A stretch of 61,339 nt of DNA, counting the filler. It is 8 parts of 8 records of this genome, joined end to end, with 100 filler letters (N's around TTAATTAATTAA, not from the genome) between each part and the next. Parts side by side here need not be neighbours in the genome. Positions count along the whole stretch, not along the records: positions 46,398 to 56,270 come from SRR7504441_2531; positions 56,371 to 61,339 come from SRR7504441_2532; 6 more parts are not named here. One strand, 5' to 3'. The notes under the pieces were generated by a model that was not told the DNA's origin, did not search any database, and was given only the letters and a program-made list of their open reading frames with translations. Within the stretch, counting starts at the first letter, position 1, and every line of letters starts with the position of its first letter. Made by a program: the position numbers and the translations under genes. Below are positions 54,901-61,339 of this stretch, piece by piece.

Positions 54901-56033
54901 AGCGCGATGCCGGTGGCGAAGAAATGTTTGGCAAGATCGAGCTTGCAATGACACAGAAAGCGCTGGACACACTTACTGCAGCTGATCAAATCAAGCACCT
55001 GCTCCTGCACTGTCGTATTTACGCGAGGCTGAGACCTGATGGCAAGGTGGCTGTTGTGAACATGCTTGCAGATGAAGGGTTGATTGTGAGCATGACTGGC
55101 GATGGAGGCAACGACTGTGGTGCACTCAGAGTCGCTCACGCTGGCATTGCCCTCTCTGAAGCGGAAGCATCCGTTGTGTCGCCGTTCACTTCAAAGACAA
55201 AGTCCATCCAGTCTGTGGTGGACTTGCTGAAAGAAGGCCGGGCTGCGTTGGCCACCTCGTTTGCCAGCTACAAGTTCCTGATCACCTACGGACAACTCTT
55301 CTCTGTGCTCAAGCTGATCTGTTTTTACTATGGCGTTATCATGTGCATGATGGATTACATCATGATTGACGGAGTGGCTGTGCTCGTCGTCAGTTATGTG
55401 ATGACTCTGTCCAAGCCCGAGCCGGTGCTGCCCGACGAACGGCCAACCTCGTCGCTTCTAGGCCCCACCACAATGTTCTCTGTGATCGGCCAACAAGTGA
55501 TCAACGTGGCTTTCCTGTTCAGTGCGCTCGCATTGATGGCAGAAAACAAGGACTATATCGAGTGGCCTGCTAAGAGCGTGGCCAACTCCGGAGCCTGGTG
55601 GTTCCTGGGGGACAACTGGGAGACCACAGTCATCTTCACAGTCGTCTACTCTCAGTTCTTGACTTCTGGAATGCTGTTCACCTTCGGCTCGCATTGGCGC
55701 AAAGCCGTATGCTTCAATTGGCAGCTGACGATCTTCTGGGCAGCAGCGTTCGGTTTTACTTCGTTCCTGCTGCTGTCCGACAGCAACTCCGTGACTGAAG
55801 TGTTCCACATTGCCAACCGAGACTTTGGTGACGGGAACTCTCCAGTGTGGGACGCGGCAGGGCAGGTGCAGAAAAAGATGCCCTTTGGTCTGCGCATCTC
55901 GATCTGGGTTCTGACGGTCGTCTCCATGGGCTGCACCGCGGTGTGGGAGAAGTTCGTGATCCTGGGTCCTGTGCGAGACTACATGAAGAGGAAAACCGCT
56001 GACAGCAAACCGGGTGTCAAACTCAGGCTTTGA
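51917..56033 (+). CDS. P5-type ATPase (ATP13A/P5B-like) with N-terminal TM extension; introns in the 5' third
   Basis: LVPGD, DESGLTGES, CFDKTGTLT, KGSYE, MLTGDN, YARLRPDGK, GDGGNDCGAL and LSEAEASVVSPFTS. Confidence 0.93.
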
Positions 56034-56270
56034 TTTGACCCTTGAGCAATGGCGAGGCCTACCCTCGCAGCTTAGATCTCATGCATACGACTAACATACG
56101 ACTAGATGCGATTAATTGTTTGAGATTTGGGTTGAACAAGTACTAGTACATGTACGTACATGTATGATACTAGTGGGCCCGGTCTCGCCAGCGAGACGAA
56201 TAGTATCGAGGTGATTTTTGAATTATTATTTAGCATCGATTATTCGTGATCGATATGAAATGAGATTTAA

Positions 56271-56370
56271 NNNNNNNNNNNNNNNNNNNNNNNNNNNNNN
56301 NNNNNNNNNNNNNNTTAATTAATTAANNNNNNNNNNNNNNNNNNNNNNNNNNNNNNNNNNNNNNNNNNNN
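56271..56370. other. artificial contig linker
   Basis: N-run + TTAATTAATTAA + N-run. Confidence 0.98.
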
Positions 56371-56372
56371 AC

Positions 56373-59300
56373 TGGAACTCCAAACGTGGTGGCTGCATAG
56401 CAATCCAGGTGTTGTGCCAACAGCTGTCACTCTCGTGGGCCCTTCAATTTGAGCTTGAGTTCCTACGAGCCATCTTGTTTGTTTACAAGGATCTCGAGCC
56501 AGAGTGTGTCATCCTCACATCAGATGAGGCCACAAGCACTCTCGAGACCATTCTCAGCGCATGCAATTCTGCCAAGTACCAGAACTTGAGTGAAGAACAG
56601 TCCCGAGCTTTCAATGGCGTGCTGTCTTTGCTCCTAGCTGAGCTGCCTTCAAGCAATCCAACAGTGCGCAACAATGCTCAGATCTCGCTGAAGCGGCTGG
56701 CTGAGCTGGTGGAGACTCCTCTCTCCACGCTGCTTGAAAGCTTTAGGCAGTCACACCTTGCACCAATTTTTGGCAGGCCCTTGCCTTCACTACAAGTACG
56801 GGTTCAGATTGGATTTCTTGATGCACTGAAATTCTGCTTGGGCCTGCAGCCCCCACTGCTCTCGATGAATTCTGAGCTTCAGCAACTGCTTTCTGAAGCT
56901 CTGGATATCACAGTGTTTCATGAGCAACTTTCTGAGAAGAGTGAGCATGCACGGCTCTCTCGCTCAATCACAGAACTCCGCACTACGTGCATTGAGCTGA
57001 TGTCAGTCACTATGTCATGCACGGACTTCAGGTTGCCTGAATACCAGGAGCTTCGGAATCGTATCATCTCCATGTTCTTCAAATCACTAACATACAAGGC
57101 CAAGAAAGTTCTGACCACTGCAAAGAAAGGCCTGGCTCAGGTTGTGGCACAGCACAAGCTCCCTAAAGAGCTCTTGCAATCCTCCCTGCGGCCAATCCTA
57201 CTCAACCTTGCAGACTATCGAAAGCTGTCACTCTCATTGCTACAAGGACTGGCAAGGCTGCTTGAACTTCTCTCAAACTGCTTCAATGTAACGCTTGGTG
57301 AGAAACTCCTTGAGCATTTGCGCAAGTGGCTTGAGCCAGAGAAGATCGTTGTGTCCAAGATCTGGCGTTCTGGAGAAGAGCCAAGGGTGGCGGCTGCAAT
57401 TGTAGACCTATTCCACCTGCTGCCACCAGCACCAAACAAATTCATTGACCCACTGGTGAGCATCACAATCAAGCTTGATGCATTGTATCCTTGTGGCATC
57501 AGTGAAGATGGTGATGCCACTGGAAGCTTGTTCCGAGGCCCACTCACGCGTTTCCTCACCAGGCACGCCGAGGAAGCCATAGTGTATTTCCTGGACAAGC
57601 TGCACATGGAGCCCTATGCCAATCTTTTCGTTTACATCCTTAAATCAGATCTTGGCAAAGACCTGTGCAAGCACTTGATGACCAAAAGTGCCGAGCTGGT
57701 GGATGTTGCCTTCACTAACCCTAAAGCTCCAGTCACACGACAGCCGAGTACACAAGCCCTGCCAGCGCCAGCACCTGCAGGGACAGCAGCCTCAGCAGCA
57801 CAACAGCAAGCTCAAGTTGGTGCGCAAGCAGGAGGGCAGCCCATGGCTGCGCCCAATACCGCAGCGTACCAGCAAGCAGTTGCCCAGCAGCAGCAGGCGG
57901 CTCAAAGGCAGCAAGCTCTGGCTCAGCAGCAAGCAGCAGCCAAGCAACAAGCTGCAGTTGCACAGCAGCAAGCAGCAGTCAAGCAGCAGGCAGCATTGCA
58001 GGCGCAGCAGGCAGCGTTGGCGCAGCAGGCAGCAGCAACGACAGGCAAGCAGACACCGGCTCAGCAACAGGCAGCAAAGCAAGCACAGGTTGCAGCAGCT
58101 AATCAGGCAGCTTTGAAAGCGCAACAAGCTGCAGCAGCCCAGCAGCAGGCTCAGCTGGCAGCCCAGCAGGCTCAGCAGGCGCAACAAGCAGCTGCAGGGG
58201 CGAAGGCTGTTGTCACCCCTCAGCAGGCTCAAGCCCAGCAGCAGGCACAGCTGCAAGCCCAACAGCAAGCGGCGAAGCAAGCACAGGCTGCAGCAATCCA
58301 GCCGCAATCAGCACAGCAGGCTGCAGCAAAGGCACAAGCGCAGGCTATCGCTGGGCAGGCAAAGGCAGCTGTTGTGAATCCACCTGCACCACAGGCGACC
58401 TACTCAGTACCACCTGTGCAGCTGCATGGCTGTGATATTGTAAATATCTTGTGCCAGGGCAATCGAAACCCGAAATGGATTGCAGAGAATCGAAACGTGC
58501 TAGATTGCCTGCTGAAGGTTTGGCAAAGCCCTCAACGGGCTGAGAGGCTGAAAAATGAGGAGAAACTCACAGTGGGAGAGCTGAAAGAGTCACAGCAGCT
58601 ACTGACTGCCTTTCTCACCTACTGCAACCATAACAAGGATGAGATTTCCCTGCTATACCACATCCTCACCATTTTCACGTCACGCACATTGCTGGATCTG
58701 ACATCATTGCGGAGCTTCTACGTGAATGAGGTGCCCAAGATGTATTCTGTTGAGCAGAAGCAGAAGATCATAAAACACTTCCTTGAATACTTTAAGAGCA
58801 CTGACTATTCACAGCAGATGAAGTCACTTGCCCTCCAGTTAATTGTGGTGCCTATGGTAAAGGCCTGTCAAAGAGACGATCCAAGCGGTGTCTTTGACAA
58901 GGAGCTTGTCGGCCGGATTGTGAAGGAACTACTTGAGCTAGAGCCAGTCGGTTTTGAGGAAACACTATCTATTGAACTCTTGTCCCTGGCAACAGCCATG
59001 ACAGAGAAATTGCCTAACATCCTTGTGGAACATCGCAAGGAGCTCATCAAGTTTGCGTGGTCACACCTCAAGAGCGAGGACTCTGTTGGCAAGCTCTGTG
59101 CCTACGTGAATGTTTGTCGTTTCATCAACGTGTACGAGACACCTGCCAAAATCATTCTGCAGGTGTATGTGGCATTGCTCCGTACTTTCCAGCCTGAGTC
59201 CAAGGTCTTAGTGCGTGAGGCACTTGACATCATGGCTCCTGCACTTCCGAAGCGGCTGCCTCCTATTGAAAATCACAAGTACCCCTCATGGATCAAATGG

Positions 59301-61339
59301 ACGAAGAAGATTGTTGTCGAGGAGGGCCACTCACTTTCACAATTGATCCATGTATGGCAGCTGATTGTAAGGCACCCAATGCTCTTTTACAATTGCCGTG
59401 CACAATTTGTTCCTCAGATGATCAACTCCTTGACCCGTATTGGCGCTGCTCCTAAGTGTCCAGTTGAGAACTTGAGGCTGACTGTCGAGATCACTCAGCT
59501 TATCATCAACTGGGATTGCCAATGCCTTAAGGAGAAGGAACGGCAGCCAGGCAAGGATCAGCCAAGTAAGCCAGCTGCAAGGAAGGGTGGCCGAGCAGCA
59601 AAGGGCAGCAAGCGTGGTGCTGGGGCTGCCGAGGATGACCGCGCTGGCAAGCGTGCCAAAGCTCTGAATGGCGCTCCAATTCATCTGGTTGGCTCACCTG
59701 AATCTCAGGTGCGGCTTTCACCAGAGATGCTTGCGCTTACCGGCCCAGGCGACTCGTTCCAGCCATCAGCTGGTATGGTAGAGATGGTGGTCAATTACTT
59801 GATCAGAGTCTCCTTTATGACCAATGAGAGTGCCCCCAAGCTATCGACCCAGTGCCATGAATTGCTTGACAGAGCTTTGGACATCTGGAGTGAGGCTACT
59901 GTAAAATTTGCTTACCTTGATCGGTTTATCAGCTCCACTAATGACAATGCCAACCATCTCAATACAGCAATTGCCATCCTCAACTGCGTTGCAAGTCATG
60001 GCATGGACCAATACATCCTTGCCAACATCCCACAGGTCGAAAAGATCTTTGAGATGTGTTTTGTGTGCGAAAAGAAGCGTATTCTTCAGCCACTCTGTCA
60101 CTTCCTCGAGAAGGTTGTCAAGAAGTATCCAGTTGATGAAGCCTTCAATCCAGTCACGGCAGGATTCTACTTCAGAATTGGAGAGATGGTTGAGCGTGGG
60201 CTCCAGCAGATGGACAAGGGCCTGCAACACCACTATTCGATCATGGCACTCAAAACAATCTGTGCGGTGCAATCAGACTTTGTGGACAAGTATGCTGGCC
60301 TGATCATCAAGCTGCTTCAAAAGCTGGTTAAAGAGCACATCCAGCCACGGCGCACCGAGAACTCTGGAGACGGAGCAGGCTCAAGTGCTGAGATCAACCT
60401 GCACACGCTGATGGCTGCAATCAGAGTGCTTGCTGTGCGGATCTTGTTCATGGACGATCACCGCAAGCCCTTCCTGCAGTGCCTAACGACCCTCATTGAG
60501 AAGTCTACTGAGATTGAACTCTTACTGGAGCTGACTCAGATTGTTTCTGACTGGGCACTTGACAATGATGACAATGGGCTTCAGCTCAGCGCCAAAGACA
60601 AGATCACACTGCTGCTCAAAATGACATGCTTCGAAGATATCCCATCATCTCAGCTTCATGTAGCATTCCTTGAGATTGTGTACCAGCTCTATCGCGACCC
60701 TACTTTGCTTCGATCAGAGTTGCTCACCAAAGTAGAACGAGCATTCATGATTGGTCTTCGCTGCAATGAGCCTAAGGTGCGGACTAAGTTCTTCAGTGTC
60801 TTCAACCACTCAATTGGACGGTCGCTCTATACAAGGATTCAATACATTGTGCAGGGCCAGAACTGGGAGACGCTGAAGGATTCTTTCTGGGTCAAGCAGG
60901 CCCTAGAGCTGCTGCTCTCAGTCTGTGAGCTCAACGCTCAGGTGGAGCTGCATCCTTCGAGCTACAAGATCTCACCACTGCCCTTCCCTCGCCGTGCTCG
61001 AAACAGCCGTGGAGACTCCATGTCCAAGGACGCGCATGCCCTGCTGGTGAAGCACCAGCCCTTTCTGGACTCTGTGTGTGGCATTCAGGTGCACAACCTG
61101 CTTGTGCCACTGATTGAGCTCTGCCACCACTCAACTGAACTTGCTGCGGTTGTCTGGGTGCACACCTTTACTGCTGCATGGACTTGCCTAAGACACGACG
61201 AGCATGCCTTTCTAGAGAAACACTTAGCAATCCTGCTTGCACATGATTACCACCTGCGCTCTGCAACTCGCCGGCCAAATGTGGTTCAGTGTCTGCTCAA
61301 ATCATTCCTCCGGTGCCGTCCACAAGCCATTCTTGATCC
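56373..61339 (+). CDS. TRRAP: internal fragment of TRRAP/Tra1 (PIKK-family scaffold of SAGA/NuA4); frame runs off both ends, so it is absent from the ORF track
   Basis: Frame from 56373 reads LLQSSLRPILLNLADYRKLSLSLLQGLARLLELLSNCFNVTLGEKLLEHLRKW, RKELIKFAWSHLKSED, KIILQVYVALLR...ALDIMAPALPKRL, WIKWTKKIVVEEGH and SELLTKVERAFMIGLR. Confidence 0.95.
57740..58390 (+). repeat. Gln/Ala low-complexity coding insert within TRRAP
   Basis: Dense CAG/GCA/CAA codons encoding runs such as AQQQAAAQ. Confidence 0.8.

Noticed and set aside
53796-55139. Long antisense ORFs (also 14905-15942, 20557-21528, 25673-26491)
   Set aside because: They are shadow frames of well-supported genes in GC-rich DNA and show no recognisable motifs.

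Overview
This window is eukaryotic nuclear DNA, probably from a compact-genome unicellular protist; I cannot assign the lineage. It consists of 8 separate contigs joined by artificial N44-TTAATTAATTAA-N44 linkers, so gene adjacency across a linker is meaningless. The DNA is gene-dense, with very short head-to-head intergenic gaps. Many genes are broken by tiny (mostly 36-46 nt) GC-rich spliceosomal-type introns, so the six-frame ORFs are mostly fragments. Those introns have a high GC-AG fraction, usually no polypyrimidine tract, and apparently length-based 3' site choice. Recognisable genes are TRM1, PA200/PSME4, a giant ankyrin plus pseudo-calpain protein, a bacterial-type TRIC (UPF0126) channel with an inserted EF-hand, ASF1, OSCA/TMEM63, a MEP50-like WD40 protein, a thioredoxin reductase with a likely signal peptide, an ankyrin-cupin fusion, a 7TM receptor, an arylsulfatase, an MDR oxidoreductase, CEBPZ/Mak21, a Cys-free complex I ferredoxin, an LRR protein, an ankyrin-HDAC, DsbA/FrnE, DUS1, an H+-pyrophosphatase, a P5 ATPase and TRRAP. 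The best novelty candidate is the ankyrin-fused cupin, which closely resembles bacterial DddW/DddK DMSP lyases. Next are the tiny-intron splicing system (including an intron built from telomere-like repeats) and the mitochondrial EF-hand TRIC channel. All family assignments come from motif recognition by eye and recalled reference sequences; no database search was run.
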